The position numbers were made by a program, and so were the translations under genes. This document shows positions 49,102-57,865 of a stretch of 64,000 bases of DNA, one piece after another (positions within the stretch are counted from its first letter, which is position 1; each line of letters starts with the position of its first letter). The DNA is from Patescibacteria group bacterium (GTDB lineage: Bacteria; Patescibacteriota; Dojkabacteria; JAKAPS01; JAJZLI01): assembly GCA_023380695.1 (NCBI GenBank), contig JAMCRT010000030.1:3978-67977 (forward strand), given 5' to 3'. The notes below the pieces were generated by a model that saw only the letters and a list, made by a program, of their open reading frames with translations, made no database searches and was not told where the DNA came from.

Positions 49102-49919
49102 TATTTATCCTCCTTTTGGATTTTGATCTTTTTAATTTTATTAAATTTGTTTGAATTCTTATTTTTATGTATATTATTCATACGATTTATGACAAATTCA
49201 TGCATCCTTTCCCATGACTTTATAGAGTCATATGTTATTCTAAAATCATCTTTTAAAAAAGGGATTACCTGTTCTTTGAAATCTTCATAAGTTAGATTCT
49301 CTACTCTTGATAAGGCCTCTAATATATCTTTCTGTTTTAATATAGTGAGGTGACTTTCTGTTTTTCTGAATAATATCTCTAAATCAAAAATGTCTCTAGC
49401 CTTTGTTTCATTTCTTCTTGCTAGTGCCATAATTTTTTGGTCAATCATTGCATCTAAATTATATCTTTGCAGTAAGTATGGAGTAATGCCATATTGCCCA
49501 ACAATGCTTTCGGGAATATCTATTGTATCAAAACCATAGTCACTATGACGACCAGAAAATTCTATTTTAGTTCTAATTTCAACATCAGAGTTAGTTAAAA
49601 CTAATCCTAATTTCCAGCGATGAGTAGTTGTAGTCTGTTTTGGTTTACTAATATTTACAATGGAAATATTAGCACTATTAAGAGTACTAATAAGTACATT
49701 ACTAACTAAAACCTGACCAACAATTTTTTCTAGCTTTAATCCTTCATCTTTGATTAAATCTAGCTCAATGTCATTAGAATACCTAGGACTATTAAAATAA
49801 TACCTAAGATTAGCACCACCTTTAAGTACGTAATTTTTTGGATTATACTTATAAACCAAAACCGATAAAAATGTTAAATGGAACCGTTCTATAATTTGTG
49901 GTTTTGACGTTTCATTCAT
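49101..49919 (-). CDS. AbiEii/AbiGii-family nucleotidyltransferase toxin (DUF1814)
   Basis: YVLKGGANLRYYFNSPRYSNDIELDL is the PF08843 signature (KGGTaL...RfSeDlD). Confidence 0.7.
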   Translation of the reverse strand: MNETSKPQIIERFHLTFLSVLVYKYNPKNYVLKGGANLRYYFNSPRYSNDIELDLIKDEGLKLEKIVGQVLVSNVLISTLNSANISIVNISKPKQTTTTHRWKLGLVLTNSDVEIRTKIEFSGRHSDYGFDTIDIPESIVGQYGITPYLLQRYNLDAMIDQKIMALARRNETKARDIFDLEILFRKTESHLTILKQKDILEALSRVENLTYEDFKEQVIPFLKDDFRITYDSIKSWERMHEFVINRMNNIHKNKNSNKFNKIKKIKIQKEDK

Positions 49920-50001
49920 AATATATAACTGTACTATAAATTAAATTATAATGCAACTATATGTATCGTCAATACGGACTGAAATATGTTACAATTGATT
50001 A

Positions 50002-50559
50002 ATGAAAAACGAAGGAAGATCTTCTATAAAAATACTTTTAATTGCTGTTATAGTAATAGTTATTCTTGCGTTAATTGTGTTTTTAAATATTCAAACAGGA
50101 AGAAAGGCTTATAACGTAATAAATCCTGGTGGTAGGATTAATGATGCAAATAACCGGTCAAGGGTATCTAATATTAAGGCAATATTTGATGCTCTACAGA
50201 TGTATTATTCCAATAATGGTACATACCCTGCAGGTTTAAATAAACTTCCATCTCCCCTTATAACAAATGCCCCATATGGTTATTCTGTTACTGGATCTAC
50301 AATTGGCGTACCTAATTGTGTTTCAGGTTCAGGAACAATACCTAATGCTACAGTTACAGTTTCTTCGTCTTGCACAAAGCTTACAGCAGGCTCTGTGATA
50401 TATAAAGAACTCTCCAAATATATAAGTGTTATTCCAACGGGGAATTACTATTTAGTTGAAAATAGTACAGGAAACAAAGTTGTAGTATTTGCAACTGGAA
50501 TGAGGCAAGGAATAACATCCGATACTGAAGGTTATCCAGTAGCCTGGTATTATAACTAA
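50002..50559 (+). CDS. Pilin paralog with a corrupted prepilin motif (MKNEGRSSIKILL instead of G/FTLIE). Mosaic of the two downstream pilins.
   Basis: The N-terminal 100 nt are most like the 50643 gene. The C-terminal ~280 nt are ~88% identical to the 51242 gene. Confidence 0.55.
   Translation: MKNEGRSSIKILLIAVIVIVILALIVFLNIQTGRKAYNVINPGGRINDANNRSRVSNIKAIFDALQMYYSNNGTYPAGLNKLPSPLITNAPYGYSVTGSTIGVPNCVSGSGTIPNATVTVSSSCTKLTAGSVIYKELSKYISVIPTGNYYLVENSTGNKVVVFATGMRQGITSDTEGYPVAWYYN
50278..50559. repeat. Repeat of about 282 bp shared with 51497-51778 (pilin C-terminal coding segment)
   Basis: Near-identical runs such as ggttattctgttac(t/c)ggatctacaattgg(c/a)gtacctaattgtgtttcaggttcaggaacaatacctaatgctacagttacagtttcttc. 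Confidence 0.8.
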
Positions 50560-50642
50560 ATATATCTAACACAAAATGTTTCTGTAACAATGTTTTTATA
50601 GAACACTTTTACTTCTTTTATTTATTTGCTATAAATTAATTA

Positions 50643-51167
50643 ATGAAAAATGAAGGTTTCACTCTTATAGAAATACTTTTAGTTATAGTTATAATAGCAA
50701 TACTTGCATTAGTTGTGTTTTTAAATATTCAACCACAAGGAAGGATATATGATGCTACAGATAGTACAAATATAAAAGAGATTAAATCTGTTTTATCTGC
50801 AGTTGAGATGTACACGGTTGATAATAAAGGTAATCCTCCTTCATCTATTCCGTTTATTCCCTCTCCTTTCATTACAAACAATAAAAATTCTTCAGGTTTA
50901 GGTTCTGGGTTTAATATTACAAATAATTCTACAGGAATTCCTAACTGTACTCAGGCAGGGGCTAACACAAACACATGCTTACCAATAACTAATGCTTTAT
51001 TTGACTCTCAGATAAAGAAATATTTATCTGCTATGCCTTCTGGGCAATTTTATATTGCAAGAAGTTCTGGTGGTTCACAAATTGTTGTGTTTTCATCAAG
51101 TATGAAAAAAGGAATAACAATTGATAGTAAAGGGTTTGGAGTAGGATTTGATATTTACAGATTTTAA
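50643..51167 (+). CDS. Type IV pilin (class III signal peptide MKNEGFTLIEILLVIVIIAILA)
   Basis: Canonical G/FTLIE motif. Confidence 0.8.
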   Translation: MKNEGFTLIEILLVIVIIAILALVVFLNIQPQGRIYDATDSTNIKEIKSVLSAVEMYTVDNKGNPPSSIPFIPSPFITNNKNSSGLGSGFNITNNSTGIPNCTQAGANTNTCLPITNALFDSQIKKYLSAMPSGQFYIARSSGGSQIVVFSSSMKKGITIDSKGFGVGFDIYRF

Positions 51168-51241
51168 ATATAAAAGAGTTGTTTGACAAAACTGTAAGGT
51201 TATTCTAAATTTAATATAATAAAAAGGAGGTGAGCTAGAAA

Positions 51242-51778
51242 ATGAAAAAAATAAATAACAAGGGTTTCACCTTAATAGAAATTCTTATAGTAATTGTTAT
51301 AATAGCTATACTTGCATTAGTTGTATTTGTTGCAATAAATCCTGTAGGTAGGATTCATGATGCAAACAACTCATCAAGAGTATCTAACATTAAATCAATA
51401 TTTAATGCTGTGCAGATGTATACTTCTGATAATCAAGGATCATATCCAGGTGGGTTGTCTCAACTTTCATCTCCACTTATAACAAGTGCTGCATATGGTT
51501 ATTCTGTTACCGGATCTACAATTGGAGTACCTAATTGTGTTTCAGGTTCAGGAACAATACCTAATGCTACAGTTACAGTTTCTTCATCTTGTGTACAACT
51601 TACATCAGGATCTACAATATATACAGAACTATCTAAATACGTAAGCTCTCTTCCAACAGGGAATTACTATTTAGCTGAAAATAGTGCAGGAAACAAAGTT
51701 GTAGTATTTGCAACTGGAATGCAACAAGGAGTAACATCCGATACTGCAGGTTATCCAGTAGCTTGGGATTATAACTAA
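51242..51778 (+). CDS. Type IV pilin, likely the major pilin
   Basis: MKKINNKGFTLIEILIVIVIIAILA. Strong Shine-Dalgarno (aaaaggaggtga) 8 nt upstream. Followed by a GC-stem terminator. Confidence 0.85.
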   Translation: MKKINNKGFTLIEILIVIVIIAILALVVFVAINPVGRIHDANNSSRVSNIKSIFNAVQMYTSDNQGSYPGGLSQLSSPLITSAAYGYSVTGSTIGVPNCVSGSGTIPNATVTVSSSCVQLTSGSTIYTELSKYVSSLPTGNYYLAENSAGNKVVVFATGMQQGVTSDTAGYPVAWDYN

Positions 51779-51791
51779 GCATATTTAAAGT

Positions 51792-51820
51792 AGAGGGGGT
51801 TGACCCCTCTCTTTATTTGT
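51792..51820 (+). terminator. Rho-independent terminator after the major pilin gene
   Basis: AGAGGGG-gttga-CCCCTCT perfect 7-bp GC-rich stem followed by CTTTATTTGT. Confidence 0.7.
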
Positions 51821-51834
51821 ATATAATATAAAAT

Positions 51835-52155
51835 ATGTCTAAATTAAAAATAGATTCACAAAATTTCGAAAACGAAGTAATAAATTCAGAAATTCCAGTT
51901 ATGGTTGATTTTTGGGCAGATTGGTGTATGCCATGTCATATGTTAGATCCTGTAATAGAGGAAATAGCAAATGAATTTGAAGGTAAAATAAAAGTAGGGG
52001 GACTAAATGTTGATGAAAATGGAGATTTATCTTCAAAATATTCAATCATGAGTATTCCTGCCGTTTTATTTTTCAAAGACGGAAAAGAAGTTTCTCGCCT
52101 TATTGGTGTTAGAGGAAAGGAAGATTTTACAGCAGAAATAGATAAAATTACTTAA
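51835..52155 (+). CDS. trx: Thioredoxin (non-canonical WCMPC active site)
   Basis: VDFWADWCMPCHMLDPVIEEIANEF. Confidence 0.8.
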   Translation: MSKLKIDSQNFENEVINSEIPVMVDFWADWCMPCHMLDPVIEEIANEFEGKIKVGGLNVDENGDLSSKYSIMSIPAVLFFKDGKEVSRLIGVRGKEDFTAEIDKIT

Positions 52156-52158
52156 ATT

Positions 52159-52812
52159 GTGAATTTAAATATATTTACTTTATATCCAGACTATTTTATA
52201 TCTCCTTTTAACTTTGGAATTCTTAAAAAAGCTTTATCAGAAAAGTTGGTAAATATAAACGTAATAAACTTGAGAGAGTTTGCCTATGATAAAAGGGGGT
52301 CTGTTGATGATACTCCTTATGGAGGGGGAGCAGGAATGGTTTTAAGGGTAGATGTTTTACATAGAGCTCTTGAAAGTGTTAAATCGAAAAATGGGTTTTC
52401 TATTATGCTGTCTCCCGCAGGGAAAAGATATAATCAAAAAATTGCAAGGAAACTTTCAGTGAAAAAAGAAATAAATATTTTTTCAGGGAGGTTTGAGGGT
52501 TTTGATGAAAGATTTCTAAATTTTGTTGATATGGAATTATCTTTAGGAGACTTTGTTCTATCAGGAGGAGAGAGTGCTTCCCTTGTTGTTATAGATTCAG
52601 TTGTTCGTCTTATTCCTGGAGTTTTGGGAAATGAGAAATCTTTAGATACAGAATCTTTTTCTTTGGGAGGTTTATTAGAATATCCGCAATATACAAAACC
52701 AAAAGATTTTATGGGATTTGGTGTTCCAGAGGTACTTTTAAGTGGAGATCATAAGAAAATAGATATATGGAGAAAAGAGAAGAGCCTACAAAAAACCAAA
52801 AAGAGAGTTTAA
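52159..52812 (+). CDS. trmD: tRNA (guanine37-N1)-methyltransferase
   Basis: MNLNIFTLYPDYF...DDTPYGGGAGMVLRVDVL. Confidence 0.9.
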   Translation: MNLNIFTLYPDYFISPFNFGILKKALSEKLVNINVINLREFAYDKRGSVDDTPYGGGAGMVLRVDVLHRALESVKSKNGFSIMLSPAGKRYNQKIARKLSVKKEINIFSGRFEGFDERFLNFVDMELSLGDFVLSGGESASLVVIDSVVRLIPGVLGNEKSLDTESFSLGGLLEYPQYTKPKDFMGFGVPEVLLSGDHKKIDIWRKEKSLQKTKKRV

Positions 52813-53028
52813 AGATATATGGCTATTGATAGTTTGTATTGATTGATATATATTTAAAATATGATAAAAAGATTTATATATTTTGTTTATTTAAAACTTC
52901 AGTTAAAGTTTCTAAAATTTAAAGTTTTGAAAAAAAGACTTGGGGCATATAAAGAGGATGCAGTATCTTTAATCGAGAGTAATTCCCACTCAGATTTAAG
53001 AGCTAAAAGCTCTATAAGTATAAAAAAT

Positions 53029-54438
53029 ATGTTCTATATTCTTATTGTATTTTTTGCTCTAACTACAGGGGTTGTTTTTGCAAGCTCAGGGAGTTCAAAT
53101 TTAAATCAATGTGCTCCAGTTAACGGGTCAGGATTGTCTGTTTGGAATTCTTGTGGTTTTACCCCGTCAATTTTTCAATCAATGTCAATTTCAATACTTG
53201 GAAACTATACTCAATATCAAAATTTACTAGGTTGTGGAAGTAATCAAAAGTGTGTTAATTCATTTCATTACACAGGAGGATATGGGGCACTAGGAGATAC
53301 AACAGCACTTATGGGGTATATGTATACAGAGCATCCTGCATCAGGTGTTGGGTATTTTGCATACCTAGGACAAAAAGCAGGCTTTATAAACAATACCTAT
53401 GCTGCGGGTACTTCTCAGGTTACTTCAGAGCCTGTATATGGATTTTCTTTTCTTTCCCCAATAGAACATCTTTGGGCATTTTCTAGAGATATAGCATACT
53501 TACTTCTAGTTATAGTTATTATTGCAACAGGTCTTCTTATTATTATTGGGGGGAAAGTAGGGCAGTCTCAAATTCCAATAACGTTTATGAGTGCACTTCC
53601 AAATATTGTTGCAGCAGTAATATTGATAGAATTTAGTTATGCACTAGGGGGTTTTATGATAGATATAATGAATATTTTACTAGTACTTATTTTTAATATA
53701 TTTAGCTCGGGACTTCAGCATCTTGGGAACACAGGTTTTCCTTCTGCATTTAGTAGTAATTCATATATTTTTCATGTATTTGGAAGCTTACCTGGCGCCA
53801 TTAGTGGTGGATTACAGTCAGCAAGATTAAATAAACTTGTTACGAGTGGAGGCTTGTTAGGGGGACTGTTAAACTCATTAGGTAATCTTGCTTCGAACAA
53901 GACATTTTCTGGGATTATAGCTTTTTTAATAGCTATAATCCTATTATTTACAGCCTTAAAAATATTTATTTTACTTATGAAATCTTACTTGCAACTGTTA
54001 TTCTTGCCGATAGCTGCACCTTTTATGTTTCTTTTTGGGGCATTTCCAGGACAGGGAAAAATGATAGGTAAGTTTTTTATGGGTATGGCTAAAGCAGTTT
54101 TAACATTTGTTATTGTATATGTTGTGTTTCTTTTAATTTACTATTTACAACATGGAAACAATGGAAGTCCTTTGTCATTTGGAAATGGAGCAAATGTACC
54201 TTTGTTAGGATTTTCATATTTTACAAGTAATGGAGGAACAGAGGTGGTTTCTGTATTTATCTCTATTGCTTTGTTTGTCTGGATTCCAAAGATTGTAGCT
54301 GATATGACAAAGGCATTTGGATATGATCTTGGTGCATATGGTACAGAACTTAAAAAGGGATTTTCAGACCCATACTCAAGGCTTACTAATTGGTATAAAA
54401 GAGGGAGAGGTTCTCTGTCTTCCAGAGGTAATGCCTGA
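53029..54438 (+). CDS. VirB6/TrbL-like polytopic membrane protein (signal peptide, Cys-containing extracytoplasmic domain, 5 or more TM helices). Tentative.
   Basis: Start chosen at MFYILIVFFALTTGVVFASS (the track ORF begins at 52861). About 140 aa extracytoplasmic domain with 5 Cys. Then multiple Gly-rich TM helices. The architecture and context resemble VirB6/ConG. Confidence 0.35.
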   Translation: MFYILIVFFALTTGVVFASSGSSNLNQCAPVNGSGLSVWNSCGFTPSIFQSMSISILGNYTQYQNLLGCGSNQKCVNSFHYTGGYGALGDTTALMGYMYTEHPASGVGYFAYLGQKAGFINNTYAAGTSQVTSEPVYGFSFLSPIEHLWAFSRDIAYLLLVIVIIATGLLIIIGGKVGQSQIPITFMSALPNIVAAVILIEFSYALGGFMIDIMNILLVLIFNIFSSGLQHLGNTGFPSAFSSNSYIFHVFGSLPGAISGGLQSARLNKLVTSGGLLGGLLNSLGNLASNKTFSGIIAFLIAIILLFTALKIFILLMKSYLQLLFLPIAAPFMFLFGAFPGQGKMIGKFFMGMAKAVLTFVIVYVVFLLIYYLQHGNNGSPLSFGNGANVPLLGFSYFTSNGGTEVVSVFISIALFVWIPKIVADMTKAFGYDLGAYGTELKKGFSDPYSRLTNWYKRGRGSLSSRGNA

Positions 54439-54452
54439 TTGTATATTTTATT

Positions 54453-55109
54453 ATGAATCTTAGAGCATATTATTATCAAAAATATGGAAATGAATTTGAT
54501 GTATTTGCCCATTTTATAAATACAAATGGACTAGAAAGTGACTTTTTGGAGCTGTTTGAAGTATCAAGAGATTATTTGAAAGATAGCCTAGATTTTGTTT
54601 TGTATGATTATTTTTTTTCAGCAATAGATTTTTTTTATTCAAATAGTTCTGATATAAAATATGATTTTCTTTTCTTTAAAAAAATAATAGATGAGAAGTT
54701 TATTGAGTTTTGTATGTCAGATGAAGGGAAAGAGATAATTGATGAGACACATCTATATTTTGGAGGGAAGAGTATAGATATATTCGATGTTATTTATAAT
54801 AGTAGAGAACATTTTGAAAATTCCGATTATCCTTCTGTTGTTACAAATCTAGAATATTTCAAATTTCTAGATAAATATTCAGATATAAAATATATAAAGG
54901 AGGTAAAAATTCTATCAATGCTTAGAACATTTATTGACAATGGGGGTTTTGGTGGAGAATTTTTCTCTCCATTTAGCAAAGATATGCAAAAATATACAGA
55001 CATTATTATAAATGGAGATTTTAGAGAAATGGATCAAAGAGTTTTCAGAAGTAATATTGAAGAATTTAGAGGAATTTTAGAAATAGAAGATATAGGGGTA
55101 TATGAATAA
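54453..55109 (+). CDS. Hypothetical acidic cytoplasmic protein
   Basis: No TM helices. Rich in D/E/F/Y. Confidence 0.35.
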   Translation: MNLRAYYYQKYGNEFDVFAHFINTNGLESDFLELFEVSRDYLKDSLDFVLYDYFFSAIDFFYSNSSDIKYDFLFFKKIIDEKFIEFCMSDEGKEIIDETHLYFGGKSIDIFDVIYNSREHFENSDYPSVVTNLEYFKFLDKYSDIKYIKEVKILSMLRTFIDNGGFGGEFFSPFSKDMQKYTDIIINGDFREMDQRVFRSNIEEFRGILEIEDIGVYE

Positions 55110-57835
55110 TGGATATAAATACTGCGGTTAGCACATATTGTGACCAATACTATACAAAAGAAGCTCTTTTTAGACTTTTGCGTACTAATAAAATAGATCC
55201 TGGTAATATAACAATTTCTGATGACGAGTTAAATATACTAGTCTCTACAGATCAATATGCAAGATTTGTTACACTGCAAATTGCAGAAAATCTTAAAGCA
55301 AGATTTACTGCAAATAAAAGTACTGTATATAGACAGAGATATCTTAACAATGAGGCAGATTTGCTTTCTAAGGCTATAGCCCCATTTATTGCATCAAGCT
55401 ATATTCCAGATGAAAGAAGGGAAGGTAGAGTAACTGGCATTAACGGCGTACATACAAATCTTAGGGCAAGAGGAAAGATGCTGGAGACTGCAATTGACTA
55501 TTGCCTTACAGTGTATCATGAACATGGGTATATGCCTCAATTAGATCAAACTTTGAAGCCTGTAGGAGCTATTCTTCCATCTGGATTTTCTAGAACCGGG
55601 AGTATTGATATAAGAGGGGGGAACGTTGACTCTGTTTCTTTACAAGATTTGCATTCTGTAATAAAGGAAGTCGCATGGAATGCTGGAATAAGGGCTGGAG
55701 TAAAAAGTCTTACAAAAAAACAAAAAATAGCAAGATTACAGTCTAAGTATGGAATATCTTCTGATGAGGCAGAAAGAATTTATGAAAAATTTTTGGAAGA
55801 GTTTAGTTATATAAATATACTTCAAAAAGATAATGGGAAAAGTTATGAGAGACCTTTACTTGAAAGACACGGAATCTACCCAAGACTATATCTTTGGCAA
55901 TATATATTAAATGATACTAGGGCAAAAAGAAAGGGGTCTCTGTTAGATATTCCACATACATGGAGAATGGCAGCAAAAATAGGGTTTACTTCTGCTATAT
56001 CCTCTGGTCGTTGGGGAAATGTGAGAGACGCAAGTGCATATAGAGACACAATTTTTGGAAAGATTTTCGAACACAAAAAAATTGAATATATGGGAGCTGT
56101 GATGAGTTTTGTTGCCAAAGAAGAGGAAAGAACTCTTCCACTAGTTGTAAGTAGAGAGCGTAAAAGAGCTCTTAAAGGAAGAAGGTTGTGGGGTGCTGAT
56201 AAAACTAACCCATATTTATATTCCGACTATATTGACTCTCAAGTTTTCATTAAAGCAAATAGTAAAAAGATTTCTGATAGATTAGAAGAAACGGTGTCTG
56301 AGAGAAATTCTGTATTAAAATGGTTTCAGAAAACAAAAAATGCAAAAGCAATAAAGGCATATAAAAAGCCTCCTAGTAAGAAAAGTAAAAAAAGAAGAGG
56401 ATTAAATTTTTTAGATTTAATTTTGGCTGTTCCTGCATTAGTTATAGATGCAATAACTTTTCTTGCTACAGATGCTGCTTTAGCTGGAGTAAGTGTTTTA
56501 GGCAAATTAGGAATTGTTAGTGAAGATAGTTTTTTAAGAACTATTTTTTCAGGAAATATGGAAGGAGGATTGTGGGATAAAATTCTTCTTTCATGGGATG
56601 GAATGAAATTTACATTTTCTGGGCTTAAATTTGTATTAAAAGATTCAATTGTGGGGGCAATACCTGGGGCTATAGTGGCAGTTCTTTCAGGGAGTCCATT
56701 GCTTGGTGGAATTGTATCTTTTACAATGTTTGCTCCAAAATTCTTTGGAGACTTTACACAAATGTTTGCAATGTCAGGGCCTGCAGGTGATATAGTTACA
56801 AAAATTGTAGAGGATTTTGGAGAAAAAAGTCTTTCAGGTGGAGAGATTTTGGTAAAATCACTTGGTTCTGGGGTATATATTGGGGCCCCTTTATTTATAC
56901 TGTCTGCACTTTTTGGCCTTCCTATAGGAACTGCAGCTCTTATTACTGTGGGGGTTGTTGGGGTAAGGGCAGCAGATCTTGCTATCTTTGAGAAAGTTTT
57001 AAGTCCAAGATTTATCGACGCAGGTGCCATAGATGCATCTACCGCTCAGGAGGTTTTATTTAAATCAAAATATCTTCTTAATTTTGGTACTCCTAGTCTT
57101 GGACTAGTAATTGCAGGTGCCGTGACAGGGAATATACCTTTATTAATTTTAGGTGGTGCAGGGTTTACAACATCTGCAGTTTCAGATTTCTTTAGAAATT
57201 CTTTGTTTGACAGTATGTCTATTAAAAGTGGGACAGATTTAGTTTCTTCTATACATGGAGTTACAACATTTACGTTGGGTCCAGCAATAATAGGTGGAGC
57301 CATAGGCGGTCCAGTGGGAGCAGTAATAGGAGGAGCTATAGGAGGGGTTACTGGTATTAGCTTTACTCTATTAAAGCATACGGTTTCAGATATAGCTATA
57401 GATCCAAGAATGCGGGTATTTGCAGAAGATGAGAGCAAAATGATAGAGGCTCAAAGAAAACTTATTTCATTTAATAGAAATTCTTTTACTACTGATGCCG
57501 AGAGAGGTATTTTAAGAAACTTTGATCCACGAACAGGAGTAGACGGGAATATTGACAGTTTATTGAGAAGTAAAGGATATGATTTTAAAATACAGGATTT
57601 GAGAGATTGGGGATTAAATGATGCTGATATTGAAAGGTTGTTTAGAGGTAGGGCTACTTTCTCAGGGACAGTTATAGGGGTGAAAAATTTTAACTTTGAA
57701 CTGAAATCATTAAAGGAGAATGTAGAAGCAGTAAGGGGAGAATTTTTAAGGGATTTTGTTAATGAAGATAAACTTGCAACGGATTTGGGAAAGGGAACTT
57801 CAGCTACAGCTCCCATATATTCAATTTTTTTGTAA
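55109..57835 (+). CDS. Large (908 aa) protein: soluble N-terminal domain of about 420 aa followed by a glycine-zipper-rich multi-TM region
   Basis: Residues 420-720 are full of GxxxG/AxxxG arrays (e.g. GGAIGGPVGAVIGGAIGGVTG). I recognise no catalytic motif. Confidence 0.45.
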   Translation: MDINTAVSTYCDQYYTKEALFRLLRTNKIDPGNITISDDELNILVSTDQYARFVTLQIAENLKARFTANKSTVYRQRYLNNEADLLSKAIAPFIASSYIPDERREGRVTGINGVHTNLRARGKMLETAIDYCLTVYHEHGYMPQLDQTLKPVGAILPSGFSRTGSIDIRGGNVDSVSLQDLHSVIKEVAWNAGIRAGVKSLTKKQKIARLQSKYGISSDEAERIYEKFLEEFSYINILQKDNGKSYERPLLERHGIYPRLYLWQYILNDTRAKRKGSLLDIPHTWRMAAKIGFTSAISSGRWGNVRDASAYRDTIFGKIFEHKKIEYMGAVMSFVAKEEERTLPLVVSRERKRALKGRRLWGADKTNPYLYSDYIDSQVFIKANSKKISDRLEETVSERNSVLKWFQKTKNAKAIKAYKKPPSKKSKKRRGLNFLDLILAVPALVIDAITFLATDAALAGVSVLGKLGIVSEDSFLRTIFSGNMEGGLWDKILLSWDGMKFTFSGLKFVLKDSIVGAIPGAIVAVLSGSPLLGGIVSFTMFAPKFFGDFTQMFAMSGPAGDIVTKIVEDFGEKSLSGGEILVKSLGSGVYIGAPLFILSALFGLPIGTAALITVGVVGVRAADLAIFEKVLSPRFIDAGAIDASTAQEVLFKSKYLLNFGTPSLGLVIAGAVTGNIPLLILGGAGFTTSAVSDFFRNSLFDSMSIKSGTDLVSSIHGVTTFTLGPAIIGGAIGGPVGAVIGGAIGGVTGISFTLLKHTVSDIAIDPRMRVFAEDESKMIEAQRKLISFNRNSFTTDAERGILRNFDPRTGVDGNIDSLLRSKGYDFKIQDLRDWGLNDADIERLFRGRATFSGTVIGVKNFNFELKSLKENVEAVRGEFLRDFVNEDKLATDLGKGTSATAPIYSIFL

Positions 57836-57865
57836 AGAGAAATTCCAGGATACAGAGACTTAAAG

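Noticed and set aside
52861-53028. Upstream 56 codons of the VirB6-like ORF (MIKRFIYFVYLKLQLKF...)
   Set aside because: The sequence is odd, Lys/Leu-rich and unlike a signal peptide. The internal Met at 53029 gives a clean signal peptide and is the more likely start. Kept as an alternative only.
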